Shown: in pieces, positions 1 to 13,242 of the stretch | Layout: each line of letters begins with the position of its first letter | How positions within the stretch are numbered: the stretch's first letter is position 1 | Translations under genes and position numbers: made by a program | Notes under the pieces: model-generated | What the model was told of the DNA's origin: nothing | The model's input: the letters and a program-made list of their open reading frames with translations, nothing else | Databases searched by the model: none | DNA from: Octopus bimaculoides | Taxonomy: Eukaryota | Length of the DNA stretch: 64,000 bases | Assembly (NCBI RefSeq): GCF_001194135.2 | Contig: NC_068987.1 | Span: 107,755,361 to 107,819,360 of the forward strand | Direction: 5' to 3'

Positions 1-772
1 TATATATATATATATATATAAATTGGAAATGTAAAAATAAAAAAAAAACACAAGCATACATACATACATACATATATACATACACACACACACACACACA
101 TACACACTCACACACACACACACACACATATATATACATATACACATACATTATATATGCATGTATCAATGGATGGATTGATGCTTCGTATTTATTGGCA
201 TTCAAAATTCGTTTTATCAAACAAATTCTTCAACCGACTGTACTGCTAGTCACATACCAAGTCGTTCTATTTTCTCTTAATGTTGTGTGACAGATTTTGA
301 AATTCGGTTAAAATTAACCGATGTTATTCGCATCGTTGATAATTCGTGGGTTTTGAACATCATAAAAAAGACTTTTACATGGGGAAGAAATCGAGTAACT
401 GCCTCATAATTTTCACTTCCAAATATTTTGCTGATAACTTTTACGTCTCTATAACATTTTACCAGTTTTTCTCTGTTCTGAACACGATCGTGTCCGAACA
501 AGTTACGCAATATATTATGCATTTATTTCAATTTGTAGCTTAAATTTATTTTCAAGTATCCGTTCGTTTTAGTTGTATTTATTTCTAATTTTTTTTTTTT
601 AATGCGGTAATCCTGATGTTTCTTTATTTTAAATACTTTTTCTGAATCTATTGATCTCTCTTGTTAATCGCTTTGCACAAATAATGTTTCCGTTATAATT
701 GCGATTACTAAAATCATATATGTATGTGTGTGTATGAGTGTGACTCTGTGTATATATGTAAAAATGTATGCC

Positions 773-807
<35 letters not shown>

Positions 808-1772
808 NNNNNNNNNNNNNNNNNNNNNNNNNNNNNNNNNNNNNNNNNNNNNNNNNNNNNNNNNNNNNNNNNNNNNNNNNNNNNNNNNNNNNNNNNNNNN
901 NNNNNNNNNNNNNNNNNNNNNNNNNNNNNNNNNNNNNNNNNNNNNNNNNNNNNNNNNNNNNNNNNNNNNNNNNNNNNNNNNNNNNNNNNNNNNNNNNNNN
1001 NNNNNNNNNNNNNNNNNNNNNNNNNNNNNNNNNNNNNNNNNNNNNNNNNNNNNNNNNNNNNNNNNNNNNNNNNNNNNNNNNNNNNNNNNNNNNNNNNNNN
1101 NNNNNNNTATATATTTGTATATGCATATGCGTATATATATCTACATACATGCATATATATACACACACATATATATATGTCCAAATATGCTTGTATGTAT
1201 GTATGTATGTATGTGTGTGTGTGTGCGTGTGAGTCAGTGAGTGAATATATAAGTGTATTCATATACACTTATATGTGTGTGTATGTGTGTGTGCCTGTAT
1301 GTACACGTGTATGTGTGTGTGTGTAATGATGTGTGGTGTAAGAGAGAAACTGAAAGAAGATTACAAAAATAAAAGTGACGAATATAGAAACGCAAAATCA
1401 AAGCTAAAAAAGACACAGGAAGTAAATAGAGAAGAGGAACAGAGTTAATGAGAATCTGGTTTGTTAAAAATTAAATAACAATAATTTATTGATTTTCATC
1501 TAAAGAGATAACTGTAAAAACAATTCAGTCAAATATAAAAACAAAGTTTTTAATTAACTTCTGAAAATAACATTGACTCCTTGATATATATAGGTACGTA
1601 AGAGTTTCTAACACCGCCATTAAACAGCAGCCTCATTCAAGTATCATCGCTGCCACCAGCACATCTGCTGCCTCGCTAACATCGTCACCTCGACCGCAAA
1701 CGCCGCAAACGCCGCAAACTTCAGCAACGTCATTGGAAAGATTACCGTTAATGCTGTTTATCTTGATCACCA

Positions 1773-1820
1773 CTACCAGCAACGCCACCTATATGAGATC
1801 GTATTAAAAATAATAAACGC

Positions 1821-1880
<60 letters not shown>

Positions 1881-3625
1881 ACTCACCAGGATCACTAAGT
1901 GTATCAACAATAGCAACAGTAGTAAGAAAAGCGATAATGATAACAATAGGAAGAACAAGAACAAACGAAAAAAAAACGAGATGGTCAGTAGTGCAACGTT
2001 TATCAGCTTTTTCATGGAGGCTGTTATCTATTACGACCTCTGCATCCACCACGACCAAATCCGTCATCTACACCACCACCACAACAACAGACACAACAAT
2101 ANNNNNNNNNNNNNNNNNNNNNNNNNNNNNNNNNNNNNNNNNNNNNNNNNNNNNNNNNNNNNNNNNNNNNNNNNNNNNNNNNNNNNNNNNNNNNNNNNNN
2201 NNNNNNNNNNNNNNNNNNNNNNNNNNNNNNNNNNNNNNNNNNNNNNNNNNNNNNNNNNNNNNNNNNNNNNNNNNNNNNNNNNNNNNNNNNNNNNNNNNNN
2301 NNNNNNNNNNNNNNNNNNNNNNNNNNNNNNNNNNNNNNNNNNNNNNNNNNNNNNNNNNNNNNNNNNNNNNNNNNNNNNNNNNNNNNNNNNNNNNNNNNNN
2401 NNNNNNNNNNNNNNNNNNNNNNNNNNNNNNNNNNNNNNNNNNNNNNNNNNNNNNNNNNNNNNNNNNNNNNNNNNNNNNNNNNNNNNNNNNNNNNNNNNNN
2501 NNNNNNNNNNNNNNNNNNNNNNNNNNNNNNNNNNNNNNNNNNNNNNNNNNNNNNNNNNNNNNNNNNNNNNNNNNNNNNNNNNNNNNNNNNNNNNNNNNNN
2601 NNNNNNNNNNNNNNNNNNNNNNNNNNNNNNNNNNNNNNNNNNNNNNNNNNNNNNNNNACTATTGCCACAATCAACACGCCATCACCCACATCGACAGCCG
2701 AATAATACTGTCATTATAATTCCTGTTAATATTAACTCCACTTTCTTTAAAAGATTAGCGCCATTAGCACCACGCCGATCATCGCTAAAATGATCACTTC
2801 ACACATACGCTACCGCCATCTATGTCTCGGATCACCAAGTCATCAGCTCCTCTATAGTGTTAGCAACATTTCCGCATCCTGTACTTGTGGCATATCCGAG
2901 TACCACCTTCTGTGAGAGAAGTACCGATATTGCAATAACCCAAACGCCGCACATCGCAGGCATCGATTCCATGGCTAACAGCATTTACAACCGATCGACG
3001 TTTCAAGCAACGCAAATGTCAACATCATCATCGCGGTCTGATCCTCCTCATCATCATCATTATCGTCATCTTCATTATCGTCGTCACCATTGCCGTCATC
3101 TTTATCGTCATCGTCATCATCATCATCATCATCATTATCATCACCATCATCATCATCTTCATCATCATCAGCATCGTCGTCGTCGTAACCATCATCATCA
3201 TAGGTGCAGGAGTGGATGTGTGGTAAGTAGCTTGCTTACCAACCACATGGTTCCGGGTTCATTCCCAATGCATGGCACGTTGGGCAAGTGTCTTCTACTA
3301 TAGCCTCGGGCTGACCAAAGCCTTGTGAGTGGATTTGGTAAACGGAAACTGAAAGAAGCCCGTCGTATATTTGTATATATGTATATATATATGTGTGTGT
3401 ATATGTTTGTGTGTCTGTGTCTGTTCCTCCAACATCGCTTGACAACCGATGCTAGTGTGTTTATGTCCCCGTAACATAGCAGTTCGGCAAGAGAAACCGA
3501 TAGGATAAGTAGTAGGCAACCAAAGAATAAGTCCTGGGGTCGATTTGCTCGACTAAAGACGGTGCTCCAGCATGGCCGCAGTCACATGACTGAAACAAGT
3601 AGAAGAGTAAAGAGTAAAAGTGAGT

Positions 3626-3695
<70 letters not shown>

Positions 3696-5330
3696 GCAGC
3701 TCTAGCAGCAGCAGCAGCAGCAGCAGCATCGTCCCCATAATCGCAGTCATCATCATCATCATCGACATGCATCTCCTGCTCCCCTTCCTCCTCCTCATTA
3801 TCAATCATCATCGTGGTCGACGTCGTAATTGTCGCCGTCATCGTCGTCGTCGTCATCCTCCCCCTCCTCCTCCTCCTCCTCCTCCTCCTCATCATCATCA
3901 TTAACATCATCATCATCGTCGTCGTCGTCGTCGTCACCGTCGTCGTCGTCATCCTCCTTCTCCTCCTCCTCCTCATCACCATTATCTTTATCGGCGTGGT
4001 TACTGTCGTCATCATCATCATCATCATCATCGTCGTCGTCTCGTCGTCGTCGTCGTCGTCGTCATCATCATCATCGTTACCTATAGCATTGCGAATGCTA
4101 ACAACAGCGCCCCCCCCCCCACGCCGCAAGACTAGCTACTACCAGTCAACTCAAGCACTGCAATTATTATCTTCGCTACCACCATATACTATAGTCATCA
4201 CCACGGCTATAACCACCACCACCACCACCACCACCACTACCACTATCACCATCATAACGATTACCACCATCACACCACTACTACCCACCATCATCGCCAT
4301 AACTACCATTGCTACAACCACCGATGCACCACTACCATCTGCCCGCGATCCTTAACATTAACACCAGCACAGCAACGATATCAAAACCATCACTACCGCC
4401 ACCACCTTCTTCACCATCTCCATCACCACCACTACCACTACTACTAGGTCCACCATCATCATTATCACCATCATGACCTGCGCTACTACCACCACTATTA
4501 GTATCACCACCATCAAAATATCCACCACTCCCTCCTCTACCATCGCCAACGTAATCACCACTATCCATACTTCCGCCTCCACCATCACTATCATCGTCTT
4601 CACCACCATCAATGCCACTAGCACTCACAGCACAACGACCACCAATATCACCACCACCACCACCACCAATACTATCAGCGCTCACCCCATAACGACCACC
4701 ACCACCACCTCCACCTAAACTATCCAAACGACAGCCATTACCACAATTAACATCACCAGTAGCATCGGTAGAACCATCATTCATCAGTGTCATATCCTCT
4801 CCTGTCTCCTGCTCTAACGATACAGTCTGGTTTGCAATGGTATGATGATGCGAGTCTGATCTCATCAGGTTACCGTAACCTTTCAGCAAAAATAATTAAG
4901 ACTCTGCTATTTACATCGTTGTATTTCTTAATGTTTTTATAACATTTACGTTTGTTTGTATTTTTTCTCTGTTTCACTGTTTCACTGTTTCTTTTCCTGT
5001 GTTCTTTGTTTGCATTTAATATGTCGCGGTTGATGAATTGTTCAGAATTTTTGTTGGAATTATTTGGTTAAAGAAGAGTTAAGTAAGTTGCCAATGGCGC
5101 CGGAATCCGCAGAACAGTTTCGACTCCCCGTTGAAGACTACGCCCCAAGTTAATTCACATAGCGGAGACTTATGTTGAAAAGCAATATGGCTGCAGCTGC
5201 TGCAAATACTTATGTTGCGGCTCTCTAGCTATTTACTGCTGCTGCTACTGCTGCTGCTGCTGTTGCTGCTTCTACCGTTCCTCCTGCTGTTACTACTGTA
5301 CTGCCGCTAAAACTGTTGTCATTGTTATTT
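1773..5330. repeat. Compound trinucleotide low-complexity island (ATT, CAC, CAT, CAG, CGT, CCT, GCT tracts) with N-gap
   Basis: Directly visible runs, e.g. (ATT)n at about 1822-1878, (CAT)n at about 3025-3200, (CAT)/(CAG)/(CGT)/(CCT) at 3625-4075, degenerate CAC/CAT at 4190-4760. It generates the poly-amino-acid ORFs in the track. Confidence 0.95.
3203..3620 (+). mobile_element. tRNA-derived SINE, family B (full length, internal TA/TG microsatellite)
   Basis: Head GGTGCAGGAGTGGATGTGTGGT with B-box-like GGGTTCATTCCC; body TTGGGCAAGTGTCTTCTACTATAGCC; 3' part CTGGGGTCGATTTGCTCGACTAA...GAAACAAGTAGAAGAG. Homologous to 7 other loci here and inserted inside a (CAT)n tract. Confidence 0.9.
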
Positions 5331-5580
5331 AAATCAAGTTAGCTATGATTGAGTAGAACTTATAATAAAACACTATCTGTTCCTGCTGTTTGATCCCAAA
5401 TCAGTCATAGATGTCGACCAACTGCTAGGAGTGGCGCTCCGTAACCTTTTGTTATTCCAAACATTTCACAATAAACCGCCATCTTACCCATTCCGCCTAA
5501 TTTCCATTTCCCTAGACTGCCGAAATACTCAATCACACCGGTTCTAATAACTGACTCTGACTACGAATAATCCTTTCTTC

Positions 5581-5770
5581 TATAGGTACGAAGCCTAAAA
5601 GTGGAGGATAAGGGGGCCAGTCGATTACATCGACCCCAGTACTCAACTGGTACTTATTTTATCGACCCCGAAAGGCCGAAAGGCACAGTCTACACCGGTG
5701 GAATTTCAAGTCAGAACGTAGCGATGGGCGAAATACCGCTAAGCATTCCGTCCAGCTTACTAACAATTCT
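5581..5770 (-). mobile_element. tRNA-derived SINE, family A (5'-truncated)
   Basis: GTCGATTACATCGACCCCAGTACTCAACTGGTACTTATTTTATCGACCCCGAAAGG, shared with more than 10 loci in the window. Confidence 0.9.
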
Positions 5771-5784
5771 TATTTCTTTACTGC

Positions 5785-6000
5785 CCCCAAGGGGCTACAC
5801 ACAGCGGAAACAAACAAGGACAGATAAACGGATTAAGTCGATTATATCGACTCCAGTGCGTAACTGGTACTTATTTAATCGACCCCGAAAGGATGAAAGG
5901 TAAAGTCGACCGCGGCGGAATTTGAACCAGAACGTAAAGACAGACGAAATATCGCTAAGCATCTCGCCCAGCGTGCTAACGATTCTGCCAGCTCGCCGCA
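5785..6000 (-). mobile_element. tRNA-derived SINE, family A (full length)
   Basis: Minus strand starts GCGGCGAGCTGGCAGAATCGTTAGC (A-box-like) with GGTTCAAATTCC (B box), then the CTTTCATCCTTTCGGGGTCGAT core. Confidence 0.92.
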
Positions 6001-6775
6001 TTTATGACTTCGAACAATAGCAACAGCTTCGTATTATTTTAAGAACAGAACCGGTAAGAATAGCACAAGAACTTTAGAATATTTATTTATGGAAGGATGG
6101 CATTTTACATTAAAAAGATATTTTGTTTGTCTTGAATAGAATGTTGTACCCATATATTTCGCAAGCTAACCGAGAGCGGTGATATGGAAGCTGTTAATAT
6201 CTCTCATGGATTGTTACAAATCGACGGATGCAACCATCTGTAGAGTTCACATTAATATATGAAGCCACGATTAGGTCAACTCTTTCCCAGGGGCCTGTTT
6301 CTGGTGATTGGAACAGAATGCAGTCAGGTTAAAGTCACCCATGGAGTAGGAAGTGATATTAAACCAAAAAACGTGGTAAGCCTAAAAGCTAGCGACAAAT
6401 GTTCTGTATTATAACCTATTTTAATTTATAAATCAATACATATACCTGTAAAGGTGGAGTTGAATAAGAAAGCTCAAATAAAAGATGGAAACAAACTAAA
6501 ATAGGTATTTCCTTTTACTATCACGACTGCATTATCTCTCTAAGTATTACTAATCAAGTGAGATTTCTGCTGCTATTTTTGTCAAAAATAAAACATAGAC
6601 TCGGGGTATAGTAACTGATAATGTTATTCGTATGGCATCTGATACATCAAATCGATTTTCCATTTCACTTGAGATTCAGAGATTCCTGCTTCACGGCTAT
6701 ACTTAGCTGTGAAGGAAATTGAAGCACTTATTGTCATCATCACTAACTTATGTTAAGTAGCAATGGGCTGAAAAT

Positions 6776-7293
6776 CAGGGCCGGATTAAGGCCCAAAGAC
6801 GCCCTAAGCATTTAAAAGGATGTTAGTTCCCCCATATATATACATACATATATNNNNNNNNNNNNNNNNNNNNNNNNNNNNNNNNNNNNNNNNNNNNNNN
6901 NNNNNNNNNNNNNNNNNNNNNNNNNNNNNNNNNNNNNNNNNNNNNNNNNNNNNNNNNNNNNNAAAAAACAGCTAACTATAAAATTAAATTCTATTTTTCA
7001 AAATGAAACAAAATTAACAATAAGATGACAAATAATCTTTACTTCTACTTTATATCTGAAATGTTTTCTCCTACGGTTTTTTAATTGCAAAATCTTTTAT
7101 CAAATCTGCATTATGACATCACGAACACTTTAAAAGATATTTCCGATCATATAATGTACTTCGAATATCATTCTAGTAAGATTAAGGTGAAATTATTTTG
7201 TGCCGTACACCATTTACCATTTCTTTGGTACCCCTACCTTTCCTTGATGCCCTAAGCAAGTACTTATTTTGCTTAACGGTTAATCGTGCGCTG
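6776..7293. mobile_element. Non-autonomous hAT-like element (old MITE, contains gap)
   Basis: Left end CAGGGCCGGATTAA (6776-6789) and right end TTAATCGTGCGCTG (7280-7293) match 11/14 as inverted repeats, with GCCCTAAGCA near both ends. No convincing 8-bp TSD. Confidence 0.55.
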
Positions 7294-7439
7294 CTTACAG
7301 CCAAATTGTTCCATGCCCAGTCCAGTTCTTTTCGTAAACAGCTTTCTTTTGAATTGCTGAAAGTCCAGTCCACTTTTTCTAAACAGTTATTATTCGTTGT
7401 ATACGTATAGAAACAGAAATAATCCAGGGCCTTAAACTA

Positions 7440-8900
7440 AATCAGGTATAGAGATAATCTTATTTAGGACTTCCAAGTCATTCGTGACTTCCTGGAGTAT
7501 TTTGATAATGATTTACCCTTATCTTTTCCACGATTGAAGTCAAGTACAGAAATACTCGCTACGTTTGCGCTTTTGCTATACGACGACTCCAAATTAATAA
7601 CTTTCTCGTATACTTTGCTGCATATATGTCCAAATCTCTGGCGAGACTGCAAAGACCAGACAAATATTTCAGCTTAGCAGAAAATACTATATTTATTACG
7701 GAAGTTCAAATTTGTGTGTCACTTTGGTTACGGTAACAGTCGAATCATCAAAATTATTCACACCTAAAAGCATTAATGATGTTCTAAGAATATGGGATTT
7801 TTTCCCTGAGGTCAATAATGAAAATATACTAAAATATACTAAAATGCCGTCTTGAATTTGCCAACATGAATTTGAATGGTAAATTATAGAGCAAAGTTTC
7901 GCTTAGTCTGATCATGAAGCTCTACAGATAAAGTTGACTATTTGCACACGCATTCTTTCACTTCATTAAGTTTCCTTTTGCAGTGTTTTGGATCCCAAAA
8001 CTTGACGTTGAAGTATACTCTGTTTGGTCATTGAGTGAAGATTTTCTTTTGACCAAAGCTCGAAAAGCCTATTTCCTCTCAATCATGGGAGACGTTCTTT
8101 CTGCGCAAAGAAGACAAATTAAATTCCATGATGATCATTATTGATTAAAGGACAATTAAACAAACAAGAACACATAATCTGTTTTGATTGATCCATTGAA
8201 TCAATAAAAAAAATGTGAAAACTATTCTTTGATATTCTTTTCATGAGCAGAGTTTACTCACCTGCAATTTACTGTTGACTGAAATAACAACTGATTCATT
8301 GAGGTGCATGTTGACATTTGCCGGAACATTTGTAATCTCGCTGACAACTTAGGTTGATTTGACCTAAAGATTACCTTTAATTTTTGACTGATATTGTCAG
8401 TGAAAAATGACACTAAAATCATTCAATTCATGACAGTTTCTGTTTCCATGACTTTAACCAACAGGGGTGACCTTCAATTCTGTGGAAAATCTTTTTCTTT
8501 TACAATTATATATGAAAATTTGCAGAAGACAAGCAGAAGTGGCATCTTCCAGAAGAAATATTCCCGTATGATGAAAGAGTTTCTTTCTGACCATAAATTA
8601 TTTTTAACACGAAAATTGCCAATATGATTTCAGTGTTTGCCTTCACGCTATTTTCTCAGTCCTGACGATTTAAAATTTCCATTGCTGATTGTTACCAAAT
8701 CATGCATGTGAGCATTTCAATTCCATGTTGTTCTCTGAATCCAAAACCAACATATTAATTAATCCACTACCAACTTTTGACAAATGGCATTGCCAGTCAA
8801 AATTCTTGAAAAATGGAATAAAAATGACAAAAGAACGCTTAACATAAATGGTGATATCAGAGAAAAATAATTTTTTTGTTGATATAATATTATCCATATC
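7440..8900 (-). pseudogene. Highly degenerate DNA transposase remnant, probably hAT-type
   Basis: Minus-strand fragments occur in the expected order: AIFVLKIIYGQK, LVSFFTDNISQKLK, FAVSPEIW, YEKVINLE, DFNRGKD, ILQEVTND. They resemble remembered motifs AIYxLKI, LAFFDDxV, PxxW, VVNDxAERG and LLQVV. Many stops and frameshifts. Confidence 0.4.
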
Positions 8901-10525
8901 CATCTTACACTATAATGATAAAGTGATACAATGATTAAATGTGAACGTATGTGAATAATCTGAAAATCCACTAAATATTATGATAAGAAATCAAACCTGA
9001 CTACGTTAATACACGGAAGCGATATCGCCACACATTCTGTCGGAATAACTGTATGAGCTGCTCAAGAGTATTCTTTATCCATTAGAAATATTATCTGGCA
9101 TTATCAAATTAATTTCTACACATGCAGTCCATTTCACTAGGCTTTTTATTTTCAGGTCCGTAAGCAAAAAATATGCTTACTTATTTAAGCTATTCCTGAC
9201 TATGGAGTTTGAGCAAATGACATTTACCACCGTACCTGACTCTGAGGTTCCAAGTGTTGTTAGTTTTGAATTGTCATCGATGTTTCTCTAACTATGTTTT
9301 TTTTTGCTAGGTGGGGATATCCACGCTACACAGACCCATTTTCACTTCAAGAAAGACGTGGCCTCTGTTATATAACCTGTGAGCATACAGGCCCAACTAG
9401 AAGCTTTATCTCCGCTCGCAAAGCTCTCTGTGTCATGGAAACACATAAGACACCTCTCTGCAACGGGACTATACTTTGCGGAGGCAACACCTACATTCTG
9501 TTTAATAACCCCTGTTGTAGGGACTCACTTATTGGCTCTCTAAGCTCATTGGTAGTACCAGAAAGAACTAATGACTATTGTACTTATTCAACCTAGCTAT
9601 TACGTTCCTTCTCTCTAATGCTCAAAAGATATCATTCCGAAAATGACGGATGATCAATCTCAGATTTGTCCTCGCGCACACGCGCGCACACACACACATA
9701 CACCCCCCCCACACACACACACACACACGCACACACACTTATATTGTAATATATCTAAAAGAGCATCAACCTATTATTATGCGAAGCAAGAAAGGAAGCA
9801 GGAATTGTCACACATTACAATCGGTGACGCTTACTTAACATCGAATAGATTATGGATCGGTTTCAGCTGAAGGTATTGCCCACGGACTAAGTTCAGTGAT
9901 GTTGATAGAATAATATGATGCGGAAGCATCTCAGCTGATTGCTCGGTGTTTAACCGTTATGAAACCTAGCTGAACAGTGTGAAATGTTCGTCCACTTTTA
10001 TTAAATTTATTTTTGTTATTGTTGTCGCTTACACCAGACTAACTACAATCAAGCAAACCTATGATGGAAGTCTTACAGCATTAGACATCAAAGAATTTGT
10101 TCAAGCGTCGTGAATTTGACCCCAACACCGTCTAACGAATGTTATATATGTTTAGTCTTCTTTATTGTGAAGTCAAGAAGGTTTAGTTTCTAAGTAGAAA
10201 AAGAATACTGCATAGTGATACCTTTGTTAGCTCTCACTCGCGTCTTTGTTGGCGCTGCTGCTAGATCTGGTACAGTTATTATTATGTTTGCCGTTGATGT
10301 TGTTCTGAACGGCGTGTTTGTTTTTATGTTTCTGTTCTTGTTGAAGATAATTTTGCGGTTTTACTCAGTGAAGTCCGTTTTAGTGTTCCATTGATTGTGA
10401 AACGGTGTAACATTGACCGGGTGGTCATCTAGGGAGTGACGCGTTTGTTAAATAATGTACCAGTGAATAACTCATCAAACAATTTTTATCTTGGCGGAAC
10501 GCAATCTCTCATTCTCTCTCTCCCG

Positions 10526-10526
<1 letters not shown>

Positions 10527-10583
<57 letters not shown>

Positions 10584-10584
10584 G

Positions 10585-10623
<39 letters not shown>

Positions 10624-10624
10624 G

Positions 10625-10679
<55 letters not shown>

Positions 10680-10700
10680 GTCTATCTATCTATCTATCTG

Positions 10701-10737
<37 letters not shown>

Positions 10738-10780
10738 ATATCTATCTATCTATCTATCTATCTTTCTATCTATCTATCTC
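10527..10780. repeat. (TATC)n / GATA tetranucleotide microsatellite
   Basis: About 60 near-perfect TATC units with occasional TGTC. Confidence 0.98.
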
Positions 10781-11528
10781 TTGCTCGCTCACTACCTCTG
10801 AACAAATGAATTATATTGAGGCTTACTTTTTACCAGCTGTTTTTTTTTATTTATTTGAAATGATGTCATCCAGAACAAGTCTTGAAATGAATGCTTATAT
10901 GGCAATATTTTGTAACCATTCCTGCTTTCTTACATATTAATGTAACTTTAATCTCATGGAGAAGGGTATCACTGGATGTAGTTTCAGCAGATATTTTAGC
11001 TGTTATCTCTCACAGTGATAGGTTTATGAGTGATATTGCTTCGTCTGTATACATTCAAGTCAGCTACCAATGAAATTTGGTTCCAAACAACTTTCACAAA
11101 TTACACAATTTTTTACTGAAATTTTCTACAGATACCGTAAGAAGTCAATGCTTCTGCAATTTAGCTATACAACGTATGTCCAATGAAACCAATATAAATC
11201 AGAAAGAAGAAAAAAAAAAGAATTAAGCGACGAAATTCTTACATTATCTATATGCAGGTAGATATATTAATGCATATGTATGAAGCTTTTAATAATATTA
11301 TTATTATTATTGTTGTTGTTCTTGTTGTTGTTGCCATTAACATTCTTCAAAAATTCCGTTTCCATCTCTTGCTGAGTCGTACTGTATTCATTGGTAGGCC
11401 ATTAAAACAAACACACCAGATTGTTAATTTACAGAGTTATGTAACAGAGAAAGGGGGAAGACAGAGAGAATAAGGGGAAAAAATAGAAAAGTAAACAAAT
11501 ACAATAAGTGGGGGAGAGTAAAGAAGAT

Positions 11529-11735
11529 TCACAGCAACAATGCTCTTCTCAATATGTGTGACGTACCAGTTGAGACAATGTTTTGCACTTCCTGCATAGA
11601 TGGTAAGCCAGGGGTCATTCTTAAATAATTTTCCGTTCTTTTGTTTGGTCATTCCAAGTGCTCCTAGAGTCAGTGGTATTTTAACCGTCTTGAGATGCAC
11701 ATCTTTTCGATTTAGATTAGCGAACCTTTATATTT
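11529..11735 (-). pseudogene. R4/Dong-type (RLE) non-LTR retrotransposon, C-terminal fragment
   Basis: Minus-strand translation across frameshifts: KYKGSLI*IEKM..HLKTVKIPLTLGALGM ... HILRRALLL*. This matches the typical C-terminus of RLE-bearing LINE ORFs (KYxDLxIEIxxMWxLKxxxIPxVIGALG...HILRRAL). Confidence 0.75.
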
Positions 11736-12029
11736 TCTGAGATTATTATTATTATTATTACTAAAATTATTTCATGCTGTATTAGTTAACGGGGTTGTAA
11801 TCTTGAGGTTTGGTTACAATTCTCCTAATACCTCAAGAGTCTTTTTTTAAATTCTTGTAAAATGCAGGGTAGAATTTTTTTTCTGCCGATCGACATGGTG
11901 TGTCCCAAAACCAATATCTCGCAGCAAATCAGGTAACCCAGTACGCTAATTTCCACACAATCATTCTCTTAATTACATTATTGAATAGCACAATACATAG
12001 ATAGGAAATACACGATAGATCAATCAATG

Positions 12030-12465
12030 ATTTTCAGTACATTGATGATCTAAATGAAGAGGAACAGATTTTAACACAAGTAAAACTATTTAATGGCGAT
12101 ATGGAAATGAAATTAATCGGCCCTGATGAATGTGCTAACATCAAACTTTTCAAGGGAAAACACTTACGAATATATAATATATAGCTGGGCATACTTTCGA
12201 CGTTAAGGAATTAGATTCTAAAGAAATAAACAAAAATTCAGATGTGTGAAAAGACGCTGGTATCCAGCACCCACAAGATCTCCCCAAAATATGGGTAAAG
12301 CTAGCGATCTTAATGCGAGAAACAGGATTATTGACATAAATACTCGTATTATTCTTGTTGTGATGAATAGATTTAATATCATGAACATGTTCATGGATGA
12401 AATAGGTAAAATTGAAAGGAAAATGCCTAAATGTGTCACCGATCATTCAAAAGCAGCTGTGTTGG
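12030..12465 (+). pseudogene. R4/Dong-type non-LTR reverse transcriptase fragment
   Basis: FQYIDDLN...VKLFNGDMEMKLIGPDECANIKLFKGK contains the YxDD catalytic motif and an FGLDKCA-like motif. It is followed by SDLNARNRIIDINT...FNIMN..MDEIGKIERK (ORF 12246-12506). Confidence 0.75.
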
Positions 12466-12508
12466 TGGTTGCAAATTTTACTTCCATTGCTTGCAAGTTA
12501 TTGTAGAG

Positions 12509-12592
12509 GTGGGGTATGTCGATTCCATCGACCCCAGTGCTCAACTGGTACTATTTTATAAAAACCTTGAAAGAATGAAAGCAAAGTTGAGC
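12509..12592 (-). mobile_element. SINE family A fragment
   Basis: GTCGATTCCATCGACCCCAGTGCTCAACTGGTAC core. Confidence 0.8.
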
Positions 12593-12873
12593 ACCACCTG
12601 CAGCAACTACACCAACAATGATGATCGTGATGATGATGATGATGATGATGAGGATGATTCAGTTAAGACGTAGGCACGTATGTGTGTCTACGTCAATAAC
12701 TAATCTTCAGTTTCTATCGTTCATGTTCACAAACCTTGATTGAATGCTAAATAACAATGCGGTTGCTGAGTTCGATCACAATTGGCGGCTGCTTGGGCAA
12801 CTATGTACCCCATTACAAGGGGTTAGTTAACCAATAACTTGAGAAAGAAATTTCAAATAAAGAAACCTTATAG

Positions 12874-12982
<109 letters not shown>

Positions 12983-13207
12983 GTGCGCGTGTATGCGCAC
13001 GTGTGTTTGGTTATGTAGCTATTCTTCTATTTGCCATATGCACATGTAAACACCGTTGAAAAACCGGTATTCTCTGAATGATGTCCGCTGAATTGTAATC
13101 ACTCCTTTGTCTTTCTCTCATCACCAGAAAAGCAGTGAACCAGTGATTGCTGAGTTTGATAAAAACCTGTAACCAACGGCTCTTTATTCATAAATTGTGA
13201 TACAAAA

Positions 13208-13242
<35 letters not shown>

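Noticed and set aside
4848-4881. Adjacent hairpins CTGAT-CTC-ATCAG and AGGTTAC-C-GTAACCT, with CTGATGAG on the minus strand
   Set aside because: No NUH site or downstream GAAA in hammerhead order, and no C/D box pairing; short palindromes arise by chance.
4332-4889. 185-aa Gly/Asp-rich ORF resembling a glycine-rich structural protein
   Set aside because: It is the reverse complement of a degenerate CAC/CAT array, where stop-free frames are expected. There is no domain or splice support, though expression cannot be excluded without RNA data.
9294-9596. 100-aa Cys-containing ORF after a possible acceptor
   Set aside because: No recognisable domain, no donor, and the length is within chance expectation.
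12113-12125. TTAATCGGCCCTG as a right TIR partner of 6776
   Set aside because: It lies inside the RT-coding fragment, has no TSD, and a nearer partner exists at 7280-7293.
13128-13172. Possible terminal exon (acceptor, KSSEPVIAEFDKNL*, AATAAA)
   Set aside because: The peptide is unrecognised, the AATAAA is part of an (AAAT)n microsatellite, and no upstream exons were found.
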